Shown here: positions 43,673 through 54,148 of the stretch, one piece after another | Position numbering within the stretch: the first letter of the stretch is position 1 | Layout: the number at the start of each line of letters is the position of its first letter | From: a virus | Length of the DNA stretch: 64,000 nucleotides | Direction: 5' to 3' (one strand) | Virus record (IMG/VR): IMGVR_UViG_3300042305_002284 | Coordinates: 1-64,000 of that record | The notes under the pieces: generated by a model | Database searches by the model: none | What the model was told of the DNA's origin: nothing | The model's input: only the letters and a program-made list of their open reading frames with translations | Position numbers and translations under genes: made by a program

Positions 43673-44058
43673 TACTATTGATAATGTTATTGTTATTTTT
43701 TATTACTTCTACCATTTTGCTTGGTTGGTATTGTTATAAACTTACAAACAAACTTCTTTTTGTTTCCGAAAACATGGACGATCTATACGAAAGACTTGAA
43801 GAGTTTGACGAGCACATAAACTTTATTCATGAACTTGAAATGTATTATGGAGATGAAACTCTAAAAAATCTCATTCGTCATTCGCGCGATTTAAGAAACT
43901 ATATGTCAAAATACAAAGATATTATTGAGCTTGCTGGCGAAGAGGAAAATGATGACACAACAGAACAAGACAGCGAAACCGAAACAGAGGATAACAAGGA
44001 GGAGCAAGAAAAGTTCGTCTCCCCAGCAGGAAAAACAGTATTTTACCAAGGAACATGA
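43669..44058 (+). CDS. membrane-anchored coiled-coil protein
   Basis: N-terminal TM, acidic tail. Confidence 0.65.
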   Translation: MILLIMLLLFFITSTILLGWYCYKLTNKLLFVSENMDDLYERLEEFDEHINFIHELEMYYGDETLKNLIRHSRDLRNYMSKYKDIIELAGEEENDDTTEQDSETETEDNKEEQEKFVSPAGKTVFYQGT

Positions 44059-44701
44059 AGAAGCAATAATAGCATATACTCTTACAACAGATCCAAAAGT
44101 AAGACAAGACCTTTATCGCAGCCTTATAGGTCCAGCATTCAATGAAATGGTAAATAAAATAGTTTTTACATACAAGTTCAATACTCTTCCAAATATAGAA
44201 GAACTAAAAGACGAATGTAAAATATGGATCACCACAATATTAGACAAGTTTGATTCAGAAAAAGGCTCAAAGGCTTTTAGTTATTTTTCTGTAATAATAA
44301 AAAACTGGTTTATCCATAAAATCAAAAAAGTAAATCGTCAAAATAAAAAAGAAATGTTTCTTGACGAAATAACCGATAAAAACGAATATGAAAACGATAG
44401 TTTGCTTGTATATACAGAATATGAAACCACAAGAGAAGGTGAAGAGTTTTGGACCTATCTCTGGGGCGAAATAGAAGACTGGAAAGCATTAGACCTGAAG
44501 CCAAATGAAAAAAAGATATTAGATGCTATTTGTATATTGCTTGAAAACCCTGATGAAATAGAAATATTCAACAAAAAAGCAATCTATTTCTACATGCGCG
44601 AGATAACCGGTCTAAACACCAAACAGGTTGTCAACAGTCTAAACAAGATAAGACAAAAATACAAAGACTTCAAAAGAGAGTGGGATGATGGGGGAATGTG
44701 A
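43949..44701 (+). CDS. phage sigma factor, T4 gp55-like (late)
   Basis: YF......AI..Y; LDKFD.EKGSKAFSYF..I..N region-2 motif. Confidence 0.7.
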   Translation: MMTQQNKTAKPKQRITRRSKKSSSPQQEKQYFTKEHEEAIIAYTLTTDPKVRQDLYRSLIGPAFNEMVNKIVFTYKFNTLPNIEELKDECKIWITTILDKFDSEKGSKAFSYFSVIIKNWFIHKIKKVNRQNKKEMFLDEITDKNEYENDSLLVYTEYETTREGEEFWTYLWGEIEDWKALDLKPNEKKILDAICILLENPDEIEIFNKKAIYFYMREITGLNTKQVVNSLNKIRQKYKDFKREWDDGGM

Positions 44702-44738
44702 GATAACAAATATTTTTGTTTAGGAAATATTTATTATT

Positions 44739-45038
44739 ATGAAAAAGAAACTCTCTCGCGATGAACTCATACAGGTAGCAATAGATAACATAAACCAAGA
44801 TCGTGAATCGGCACAAGAACTGCTACAAGATGTTGCGTCCCACATTGGTCAACAAAAAGACAGATATGCTACTGTTGGCATGGTAGCAGCAAAATACCTT
44901 GAAACTCTTCAAAGATCAAACGAACAACTTGTAAAACTGATTGGCTTGATGAAGAAAGGCCAAGAGGACAAGTATGGCGACTTAGATCCAGCAGACAAAG
45001 AAAACCTCTATAACGAAATAGAGGAGACAGGTGAATGA
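44739..45038 (+). CDS. hypothetical helical protein
   Basis: 99 aa, TATTTA 5 nt upstream of the ATG. Confidence 0.7.
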   Translation: MKKKLSRDELIQVAIDNINQDRESAQELLQDVASHIGQQKDRYATVGMVAAKYLETLQRSNEQLVKLIGLMKKGQEDKYGDLDPADKENLYNEIEETGE

Positions 45039-46288
45039 CAAACACCATACAAAGAAATAAGCCAAAAAAAACAACAAATACAGTTGCACCTGCCGAAATG
45101 CAGCATCCGTATGCTGTGCAAGATTCTGTTGTTCCTGGTGCTCGCAATCTAAGTGAAACAATAAAGCTTCTAAACCAAAAAGGTTTTTCAAAAACAGTAG
45201 AAAATGCTACTGTTTTAGAAGTTATAAGTCCTCCTGATTCACAAGATGGAAAAACAAAATACATTCTTCCACATTTGAATATGGCTGATGGAAAGTATCT
45301 TGAAGGATATCTTTGTAAAATAAGACTCCCAGAAGATGTTGGTTCATTACCAGATCCGGAAGATATGTTTGGCGATGAAATCGCTGGATCAAGAGAAGTG
45401 TTTGAAAAAACAACACAAAATCAAGAGCAAAAAAAAATAAAACTTATAAACTATTTTGAAGCAGTAGCAAATCATAAAACATTTGCTCCATTAGATCCAA
45501 AAAATACTAAAAGACCCAAACCAAACTCAAAAGTAAGAGTTTACTGTTTTAGCGAACCACACATGACTGCTGGAAGTTCAATAGAAGGTTTCTACGAAAT
45601 AATAGATCAAGACGATTCTATTTTTGAACCAGGAAAACTAAATGCTTTGCTTGCAGATTTTCGTAGTTTTATAGATACAACTCAAACAGTTGTTCAGTCA
45701 ACAACAAACAATATCACTTCTTTTGTAGCACAAGTTTTTTCTTCTCAATCACAAGTTTCATCCCAAGATTTAGAACACGAAGATGAAAGAGGGCAGGAAA
45801 CTAGCGGTCAAATATTGACAGACGGAGAAATGCTGTCTGAAAACTTTTCTCTACAACAACTCACTATAAGCAGAAGTTTTCCCAATATAGATAATGCTCC
45901 AAACGATCAACAAAAAGAAAATCTAAGACTTTTAGCGAATGATGTTTTGGAACCAATAAGAAGACAGTTTGGAGAGTTGATCATTACAAGCGCGTATAGA
46001 AGCCCAGAACTCAATCAAAAAGTTGGTGGTTCAAGAACTGGCGATCATCCACGGGGAATGGCAGCAGATATTGTTCCTGTAACGGGAACAAAAAATCTTT
46101 TAGAAGTAGCAAACTGGATAAGGGATAATCTTGCATTCAAGCAACTTATATTAGAAATGTGGCGACCAGAAGCAAATCGCGGATGGATACATGTTAGTTA
46201 TGATAAAGCAAACAATAAAAAACAAGCATTTGAAATGTATAAAGATGAAAACGGGCAAACAAATTCAAGACCGCTGAAAAAGGCGTAA
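45035..46288 (+). CDS. baseplate-associated protein with C-terminal peptidase M15A domain
   Basis: LS.NFSL, ITSAYRS..LN..VGG....H..G.AAD, WIHVSY. Confidence 0.8.
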   Translation: MTNTIQRNKPKKTTNTVAPAEMQHPYAVQDSVVPGARNLSETIKLLNQKGFSKTVENATVLEVISPPDSQDGKTKYILPHLNMADGKYLEGYLCKIRLPEDVGSLPDPEDMFGDEIAGSREVFEKTTQNQEQKKIKLINYFEAVANHKTFAPLDPKNTKRPKPNSKVRVYCFSEPHMTAGSSIEGFYEIIDQDDSIFEPGKLNALLADFRSFIDTTQTVVQSTTNNITSFVAQVFSSQSQVSSQDLEHEDERGQETSGQILTDGEMLSENFSLQQLTISRSFPNIDNAPNDQQKENLRLLANDVLEPIRRQFGELIITSAYRSPELNQKVGGSRTGDHPRGMAADIVPVTGTKNLLEVANWIRDNLAFKQLILEMWRPEANRGWIHVSYDKANNKKQAFEMYKDENGQTNSRPLKKA

Positions 46289-46291
46289 CAA

Positions 46292-47203
46292 ATGACCAAT
46301 AAAGCAGAAGAACAAATAAAGAAAAAGTCTCAACTTAGTGCACCTATTTGGGTAAATACAAATAGACCAGGTTCTTATAACAATGCTCCAAACGAACAAG
46401 TATTACAAACAGAACTAAATGCTACAATAATACTTGGAGGAGCAACTAAAAATACTCCTGATATAGCAAAAACAAAAAATACCGCCACAATAACACTTGT
46501 TGCCGGCATGTCTACGGCAATAAAAGGCAAACAACCTCCATTGGATGCTGGAAAGTTAGAACTCAGCAATAAGTTTTATTACGATTCAGCAGTAATACAA
46601 ATAAGTGAAGAAACAAATGTAGATTCAAACTTTGGAGCAAGAATAGTAGATATAAATGCTCAAAACGCTTCTGCTGTTGCAATAAAAGCAGACGAAGTAA
46701 GACTTTTTTCTCGTGGCTCTTGTAAAATAATAACAGGAATAGATCAGATGGAAAAAGATCAGATTACAAAAGATCCAAATGGTCCATCTCATCCAAATAG
46801 AGATTTTAGTGGCATTCACCTGATAGCGAATAACGCAGTTGATGTTGAAGAACAACTACACCCATTAGTTCTTGGAAAAAATCTCGAGGAATTTCTAAAC
46901 AAAGTATTAGATGAGATACAAAATATACATGGAAAAATAAAAGAAGTTTTTGATGCACAAGCAGTAATAAATCAAGCATTAAGAGATCATACTCATATTT
47001 CTGATTTTACTGCTTCTCCGCTACCGCCATGGACAGATCCAAAAATGTTGGCATCCGTTGAACAAGGACAGATAAAAATAAATACTTTGACTGAACTTGT
47101 TACAACTACAAAAACTATTCCAAATATTGAAAATCTGCGAAATAACTATTTAGTAAAAAATCCTAACAAGTATATAAACAGTTATTATAACAAAACAAAC
47201 TAA
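46292..47203 (+). CDS. putative baseplate spike (gp5/gpV-like)
   Basis: beta-rich IKAD.VR, P.VLG, HxH (HTH) tip motif; baseplate context. Confidence 0.55.
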   Translation: MTNKAEEQIKKKSQLSAPIWVNTNRPGSYNNAPNEQVLQTELNATIILGGATKNTPDIAKTKNTATITLVAGMSTAIKGKQPPLDAGKLELSNKFYYDSAVIQISEETNVDSNFGARIVDINAQNASAVAIKADEVRLFSRGSCKIITGIDQMEKDQITKDPNGPSHPNRDFSGIHLIANNAVDVEEQLHPLVLGKNLEEFLNKVLDEIQNIHGKIKEVFDAQAVINQALRDHTHISDFTASPLPPWTDPKMLASVEQGQIKINTLTELVTTTKTIPNIENLRNNYLVKNPNKYINSYYNKTN

Positions 47204-47211
47204 TGTGACAA

Positions 47212-50200
47212 ATGATGAAAAACACTATATCAACAAGTTTCCGGATTGACCTGTCTACTATTGACCAAAAAATTGATAAACTTATAAAATTTTTACAGAA
47301 CTCATCTATCGATCTAAAAGATAGTGGTCTTGTTTTCAAATATACCGAACCAACTTACGAAACTATTGTAAGTTCTCTGCAAAATAGAAAATATAAAGAA
47401 ACATTATCAGAGTTTATTGATAATATATATGTAAACAGATTTCAGAATACAAAGCAAAAACTAATACAACAAGGAGTTGCTACCGAAACTGATTTTGTTT
47501 TTCCAACTCCAATGGATGATTTTGGTTCAACCTTTGATGCTTTTGCGGCAACCAATACAGATCCAAATAACTCAATATTGAATATATTGAATGTAAGGCC
47601 GTATAGGTTTTTGCAGGTTGATATTTTTGATAAAGAAGAAATAGAAACTTATTCTACAAACGCAGTATCAGTCATTTATGATATAAATAAACTTACTTAT
47701 TCAGTAAGCGTTCTTGATACAATAACAACATCATATGTTGATTCCCTAAATTTCAATTTTTCTTTTCGCAATTTTGCAAAAGAAGTTGAAGAAAAAGTAT
47801 TATTTATAAAAACAAAAGCACAAATACAACAAGAACAACAACCATTATCTGAACAACCGGTTGGCGATGCCCCGCCAAGTCCAGATGCAGAAGAACAGCA
47901 AGAATTTTTATTTTCACTGACTGGTGTTGTTGCAGGTGCGAATAATGCAATACAACTTATAAACATATATAATGAATCTTCTTTTCAAGATAGAAATAAG
48001 TTGGTACCATCCGGCGCGCAACAACTTCTAACAAAGTATCCACGAAGTGAAATAGCAAGTGTTGTAGGGCAAGATTTATATGATAATCAAATAGCAAACT
48101 TCAACGCAGACAAACAATACGATAGTAAAACAATAGAAACAGCAAAAATAAAAATTATTGATTATATTCTAAAAAATGAAATACAGCAAGTTTTAGAAGA
48201 AAAAATAAGTGCAACAAAGTTTCTAAATGATTTTAGATCAAAATATACTAACTATAACTTTTTTGAAGGCAGATTATTTGGAGACGGAATATCAAAAATA
48301 CTGCCAAAAGAAGAACTATTTTTTCGCTTGACTTACTTGCGTGAAACAGAAAACATAATAGTTCAACAACAAGAGCAACTATTTTCCAATCTAAATGTTG
48401 AATTTATAAACAGACAGTTTGCCTCTTTGCAAAGCGCTTTTGGACCAACTCAAAGAAACGATAAATTTGTTGCGATGATAGGCGGAACAGATATTGCTTC
48501 AAGCAAAAATGAGGTTGCCTTCTTCCAGCCAACAATACTTTCAATAATATCAAATATTGATTTTATATCTCTCAATATAAATGAAATTGATCCATTTTAT
48601 TGTCCTGTTCCACAAAGTTTACAGCCAAGTTTTAATGCACAAAAAGCCAACCTAAGACCAAGCGAATATGATAAAAATAATATTCAAAAATTTCGCCACT
48701 ATGTGGAATCAAACCCGGCAGCATTTACCCATATCACATTCCCAGACAAATATTTTATTCCTAACTTTCTTCGCGGTGCAGAAGACTTTTATGAATCAAG
48801 CAAGCAAACACTAACAAAAAATAAAATGGAACAAACTATACTCAGGTATAGTAAATACTATTATTCTGACGATTCTGAAACTCCTGCTGCCAATATAATA
48901 AGAGATCAAAATATAAGCAAGTTGTTGCAAGACTCTTTGCTTTATAATGGCTTTGGTCCTTATAATGTAAAGAAAAATTCTTTTTCTGATCCACTATCAA
49001 TAAAGCCAATAATAAACCAACTAAACAACCTATCAGAGAATGCCGCAGCACAAATTCAAAGTATTGTGTTTGCCAGAACAAACATAGCGTGCCTTCTAAA
49101 AGAGTTCCAAACCTGTTTTATGCCTCAAATGGGAAACTGCCGAGACATACTGCGGGGTTTTCGTTTTACTGAATTACAGCAGGTTATAGAAAGAGCATTT
49201 CCAAGAAGTATTTATTCAACCCTGTATGTTTCAATAGAACAGTTTCTTATTGACAATGCCAAGGATGAAAGAGAAAGAGCATTATTACGACAAATAAAAG
49301 ATATAGAAAAACAACTAAAAGATAGCGATAGAAAAGCAGTGGCTTTTGCCGAAATGGATAAAAGAAAAGAACCAGCCGAGGCTCTAAATATTTCAGATCA
49401 ACAGGTCGCTATTGGTGAAACAAACCTATCTCTTGAAGAACTTTATCAACAAAAACTTCAAGAATATAAAGAACTAAAACTAAATCAAGAAACCGCAGAA
49501 ACAACACAGCAAGATAAAATTGCTGCAAGAAGACAAATGCAGCCAGATGAATTGCAGCAAATAGATCAGTTTCTTGACTTTCTTGAAGAAAGAGGTATAA
49601 ATACCGATATACTTTGTAGTTTAGTTGATCTTTTCAATATAAGTCCAACATTTGGAACCATAACCTTACCAGAACTACCTCAATTTGATATTTACTCCGA
49701 AGTAAAACTTGGAGTAAACCTTGCTGTTGCGCAACTTATTATTGACACCATTGTTGCTTTTATAGTAAAAATACTTGAAGAACTTTTGACCTGTGGTGGA
49801 ATAAAAAATCTGCTATCTGCTGCAATAACAGGAGAGGCAGGTGACAGTGTTAGTGGTGCAGCCGCAGCAGCACTCAATCAACTATCTCGTAGTAGATTTG
49901 ATCTTGATGAATTCGTTGAAAAAAACCCACAAGTTGATCCGAATATATATGCAAGAGGTATGTCTGATATTGTAAATCGTTTACCAGAAAGCGTTACGGC
50001 GGAAGAAAATACTGCTTTTTTCACAACATTAGACTTTGGTTTTGGTGGAGAAATAAAAGTTGATGCAAAGACAAGAGCGCAAAGTATTTTGTTGAGTCCA
50101 AAAGCCGTGGCAACAACAGAAACAGAAGTAAAAATTGCCTTGGTTGGCCTTATTGATTCTCTTGCTCGTTTTCTGTCTCCTAATCAATTTATGGAACTTG

Positions 50201-53200
50201 TATCGGGTAATGCTGAAAAAAATACCATAACACAAGTATCCACATACATACAACAAAACCAGCCACAACTATCTTACCTGTCATCGCCAAGTATTGTTAG
50301 AAGTATGTTCTCATACATAGGAAGAATATCAGGACTTGATTCGGTGAGAAATGAACTTTTATCTGTTTCTACATTTTATATTACAAACAGACCAAGACAA
50401 GAACAACTTGTCTGCTTGGACCCTACATCTACTGAAATAATAGATGACGATAGAACATTAGATGACGATGGAACGTCAACTATTGTTGACTTCATTCAAC
50501 CAACACCTGATGATAAATACCGAGAGTTATTGGAAGAACTGCTAACTGCAAGTCCTAATACTCTAAAAAATAAAGTAGATGAAGAAATATTCAAACCACT
50601 ACTGATGGGTATGTTGCCAAATGGTAAAAAACTATCGTCTGTTGATAAGGCAAAAAAAAGTATAATAAAATCCGCTTTTGATATAACATCTAATGAGTTC
50701 AAAGAAAAAACAAACGATCTTTATTCAAAATTGGTTTATAAAAAACAAGTAACAAGAGAAGTAGAAAAAATAAAAAAAATAAAAAATGAAGAAGGTCAAG
50801 AAAACCAAATAGAAAACGAAGAATATAAAGACCTGGTAAACAAAGGTGGATATACCCCTGACTACTCGCAGCCAATAAATGTTACTGAAAAGAAGTATGT
50901 TTATGGTGGCTTATTTACTGAAAACTTTATAAAGAGTTCTAAAAATCTTGATATCTCATCTTCATTAGAGCAACTAAAAGTTTCTCTAAATGGAAATGTT
51001 GGATATAAAGACGATCAAGAAGAGCAAGTAAACTCCTCCCTTGGAAAAAAATGGAAATTTGAAAATACAATAAACACTACCGGTAGTGTTTATAAGTTCT
51101 TTGAAAATAATAGAGAAAAGTTTTCTTATATAACACCAACAACAGAAGCAAATATCTTATCGCAAACTCGTAATACAAGACAACAGTTCAATGCAGAACT
51201 AAAACTCTCTGTTGGTTCGGCTACAAACGGCAACATAAACGACCTACTATTCCAACAATATACAAATAAAGCATATTCTGACTTTATTTCTTTGATATAT
51301 GAAAAAATAACAAGTTTTATATCAAAAGATGGCTTGTTGCAACCAATGAACCTGGCTTCAATGAGTGGCGAAAGTTATATAACCGGAATAAGCAACAATC
51401 TGGCAGGAATATTTCCAGGTTTTGAAAACATAGCAAGTGCACTTGCTAACTTGCCGCCCATGGTAAGTCCTTTTGTTGATACACCGATGAAATATATAAA
51501 TTTCAGCCCAAAGCCAACAAGAGAACAAAAAAACAATAACATTGATCCTTCGCTTTATGGAAAACTTGAAGTAGAGCAGTTGGTATATAATATTTTAGAA
51601 AAAAGAGAAAAAGAAATAATAAACTTGAAAACTCTTCAAGAAGCATTGAAGGATGACGATAATAATATAAACTTTTCTCTAATAGACGGAATGTATTTCA
51701 GTTTGATAAGAGGTATTTGCATTGAACTCACCATGAGAGCAATATTCCCTCTAAGAGTTTTCAAGTTTGATAAAAGTATTATTGAAGATTTGATGATGCC
51801 AACTTATGGTTCGGATATTTTGTATGCTGAGATACAGCAATATGCTAACTCAATAAATAAAAGCAGCATGGTAGAACTAACCCAAAAGCATATCGCATAT
51901 CTACATGACTTTGTTTATGAATCAAAAATGTCAGCAGAAGAAAATAGCAAACTTTTCACAGAAATAAATGAAATAAAATCAAAAATAGTAAAACTTGAAG
52001 AAGACAAAGATATTGTTAGTTCGTATTATGGAAAGTTTTATACAACCATAAACTTATCTCAACAAGATAGGGAATACAAACAAAAACTAACAACATATTT
52101 GTCCTGTCTCAAACAAGAAATAGCACATTACAAAGAAAAACTTTGTAAGTTGCAAATGCGCAACCTCATATACAATGAAATGGTTGTGGTGTTGGATAAA
52201 CTATCTTATCTAACTTCAACAAATGAAAAAGTTAGATCAGAACTTGGAGTTGAATGTCAAGAAAGAGATAACAACGAACAACAAGTAAGTTTACAAACAC
52301 TTATAACCGATGCTCTTCTTCGTTCATCATTGCACGAAGTAACTTCAATCTTGCCGGCTGGCAATCTTTCTCTAAATACAAAAAATGAAGGAGCATTTTT
52401 ATCTTTACAAGATAAAAAGTTTGCCAATAGTATCAATCTTATTTTGGAACACTATGTAGAAGCTCCTTTCATAAAGACACAATACTCCTCCCAAAGACAG
52501 GAACAAATACAAAGAAAAAGTTTTGGAGTTATTACATTTTTACAGTTCCAAACACTTATACAAGCACTGCAACTTCGTGAAGATGAAAATATTGCACAAT
52601 ATTTTTCTGGTCCTTTGAAGTATGGGATGAGAATGATTTATGCTCCAAGCACAGCAATAACACAAGAAACCTCTGTTGAATATAGTGATACTGAAGGCTT
52701 GGATGCAACTTACCAAAATATAAAAAATCAAAATAAAAATAAGTTTATTATATTTGGAGACAACAATCAGAAAAGTGGTCTTGATTTTGTTCTTCAAGAA
52801 CAAACTCCTATAAATGAATATCAAAAAACATATTCTATACCATATCTAACAAATGCTGACACCGAAGGTAAAAGAAAACTTGGCCTAATAAATGTTTTTC
52901 CAATAGTGACAGAAGTTTTGGAACTATCCAGTATTGGCGTATCAACTGTTTCTCAGACAAAAGAGTTTATTACAGCCGTAGCAAATACGGATTCAAATAG
53001 ATACACCGATCTTTTGAAAGTAAGACTAAACTGTAACGGAAAACTAGCAAACTTCTACAAACTTCTCACAAACAACAATCTACTTTCAAATATGATGATT
53101 TTTTCAAGCATTGGAATACTTGGAAACGAAGAGATAAAACTAAACTTCTCGTCTCCAAGAACAAAGTTGATGAGTAGAATAGTAACAAAACTAACCTATA

Positions 53201-53703
53201 CTTATAGCGAAGACGACTTCGCTGAACTTATGGATAGATTTGGTTCTACTCAATATTTCAAAGAGTTCAACTCCGAACTTGCTTTGAAACTAAGTATAAG
53301 AGCGGCGATATATGTTTTACAATATTATTGTCAAATGACCGATCCAAATATAAGCATCGCTCTATTGATAAGAAATGCTATAAAAATAGCACTTAGCGTA
53401 GCGTCGCAAATACCTGGAACGCAAGGAAATATACCAAGCGAACTTCCCCTTCCTCTTACTCCATTGGCAATATATTCCATGGCTCAACTACCAATAACTG
53501 TCTTTGGTGTTCCTCCTGTCGGAATAGGTGTTGGACCTCCACTAACAATACCGGGTATGGTATTACTTGGTGCCGAAGCACTATTACTTGCTCTCGAGTT
53601 TTCTTTTGATATGGATGCAAACTCTAATAATGAAAAGATAAATAAAGAACTGAAAGACATGTGCTTTGATTTGGCAGGATATAAAAAATACAGTATTGAA
53701 TAA
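47212..53703 (+). CDS. very large hypothetical virion protein (2163 aa)
   Basis: uninterrupted ORF between spike and wedge genes. Confidence 0.8.
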   Translation: MMKNTISTSFRIDLSTIDQKIDKLIKFLQNSSIDLKDSGLVFKYTEPTYETIVSSLQNRKYKETLSEFIDNIYVNRFQNTKQKLIQQGVATETDFVFPTPMDDFGSTFDAFAATNTDPNNSILNILNVRPYRFLQVDIFDKEEIETYSTNAVSVIYDINKLTYSVSVLDTITTSYVDSLNFNFSFRNFAKEVEEKVLFIKTKAQIQQEQQPLSEQPVGDAPPSPDAEEQQEFLFSLTGVVAGANNAIQLINIYNESSFQDRNKLVPSGAQQLLTKYPRSEIASVVGQDLYDNQIANFNADKQYDSKTIETAKIKIIDYILKNEIQQVLEEKISATKFLNDFRSKYTNYNFFEGRLFGDGISKILPKEELFFRLTYLRETENIIVQQQEQLFSNLNVEFINRQFASLQSAFGPTQRNDKFVAMIGGTDIASSKNEVAFFQPTILSIISNIDFISLNINEIDPFYCPVPQSLQPSFNAQKANLRPSEYDKNNIQKFRHYVESNPAAFTHITFPDKYFIPNFLRGAEDFYESSKQTLTKNKMEQTILRYSKYYYSDDSETPAANIIRDQNISKLLQDSLLYNGFGPYNVKKNSFSDPLSIKPIINQLNNLSENAAAQIQSIVFARTNIACLLKEFQTCFMPQMGNCRDILRGFRFTELQQVIERAFPRSIYSTLYVSIEQFLIDNAKDERERALLRQIKDIEKQLKDSDRKAVAFAEMDKRKEPAEALNISDQQVAIGETNLSLEELYQQKLQEYKELKLNQETAETTQQDKIAARRQMQPDELQQIDQFLDFLEERGINTDILCSLVDLFNISPTFGTITLPELPQFDIYSEVKLGVNLAVAQLIIDTIVAFIVKILEELLTCGGIKNLLSAAITGEAGDSVSGAAAAALNQLSRSRFDLDEFVEKNPQVDPNIYARGMSDIVNRLPESVTAEENTAFFTTLDFGFGGEIKVDAKTRAQSILLSPKAVATTETEVKIALVGLIDSLARFLSPNQFMELVSGNAEKNTITQVSTYIQQNQPQLSYLSSPSIVRSMFSYIGRISGLDSVRNELLSVSTFYITNRPRQEQLVCLDPTSTEIIDDDRTLDDDGTSTIVDFIQPTPDDKYRELLEELLTASPNTLKNKVDEEIFKPLLMGMLPNGKKLSSVDKAKKSIIKSAFDITSNEFKEKTNDLYSKLVYKKQVTREVEKIKKIKNEEGQENQIENEEYKDLVNKGGYTPDYSQPINVTEKKYVYGGLFTENFIKSSKNLDISSSLEQLKVSLNGNVGYKDDQEEQVNSSLGKKWKFENTINTTGSVYKFFENNREKFSYITPTTEANILSQTRNTRQQFNAELKLSVGSATNGNINDLLFQQYTNKAYSDFISLIYEKITSFISKDGLLQPMNLASMSGESYITGISNNLAGIFPGFENIASALANLPPMVSPFVDTPMKYINFSPKPTREQKNNNIDPSLYGKLEVEQLVYNILEKREKEIINLKTLQEALKDDDNNINFSLIDGMYFSLIRGICIELTMRAIFPLRVFKFDKSIIEDLMMPTYGSDILYAEIQQYANSINKSSMVELTQKHIAYLHDFVYESKMSAEENSKLFTEINEIKSKIVKLEEDKDIVSSYYGKFYTTINLSQQDREYKQKLTTYLSCLKQEIAHYKEKLCKLQMRNLIYNEMVVVLDKLSYLTSTNEKVRSELGVECQERDNNEQQVSLQTLITDALLRSSLHEVTSILPAGNLSLNTKNEGAFLSLQDKKFANSINLILEHYVEAPFIKTQYSSQRQEQIQRKSFGVITFLQFQTLIQALQLREDENIAQYFSGPLKYGMRMIYAPSTAITQETSVEYSDTEGLDATYQNIKNQNKNKFIIFGDNNQKSGLDFVLQEQTPINEYQKTYSIPYLTNADTEGKRKLGLINVFPIVTEVLELSSIGVSTVSQTKEFITAVANTDSNRYTDLLKVRLNCNGKLANFYKLLTNNNLLSNMMIFSSIGILGNEEIKLNFSSPRTKLMSRIVTKLTYTYSEDDFAELMDRFGSTQYFKEFNSELALKLSIRAAIYVLQYYCQMTDPNISIALLIRNAIKIALSVASQIPGTQGNIPSELPLPLTPLAIYSMAQLPITVFGVPPVGIGVGPPLTIPGMVLLGAEALLLALEFSFDMDANSNNEKINKELKDMCFDLAGYKKYSIE

Positions 53704-53727
53704 CTAAATAATATAGGAAATGTATAA

Positions 53728-54120
53728 ATGGCTGGATTTGGACCAAAACTACCACTAAAACTCGGAACAGAACAGGGTTACACACTGATTTCTGATCTGA
53801 AAAATCTAAGTAAGCAAAACTTTTTGATGCTTCTCCTAACAAATCCTGGGGAAAGAATAATGGATAACAACTTTGGTGTTGGTGTTCGTAGGTTGTTATT
53901 TGAAAATAACAGTGCTCTATTTAGATCAAACTTTGAACAGAGGTTGAGAACCCAGGCGCAGGAATATGTTCCCTATATAACTGTTACAAATGTTGACTAT
54001 TCTAATAGTAATGAAGATGGATATCTGCTCAGTGTAAAAATAACTTACTTTATTGTTCCTCTTGGCGAACTTGTGAATGTAACAATAGAAGCAAATGGAA
54101 ACATTGTAAGTTCTTCATAG
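53728..54120 (+). CDS. baseplate wedge protein, gp25-like
   Basis: LLLTNPGERIM...FGVG...LLFE. Confidence 0.88.
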   Translation: MAGFGPKLPLKLGTEQGYTLISDLKNLSKQNFLMLLLTNPGERIMDNNFGVGVRRLLFENNSALFRSNFEQRLRTQAQEYVPYITVTNVDYSNSNEDGYLLSVKITYFIVPLGELVNVTIEANGNIVSSS

Positions 54121-54148
54121 TGTTCTATTTATAGTAGAGGAATACTTG

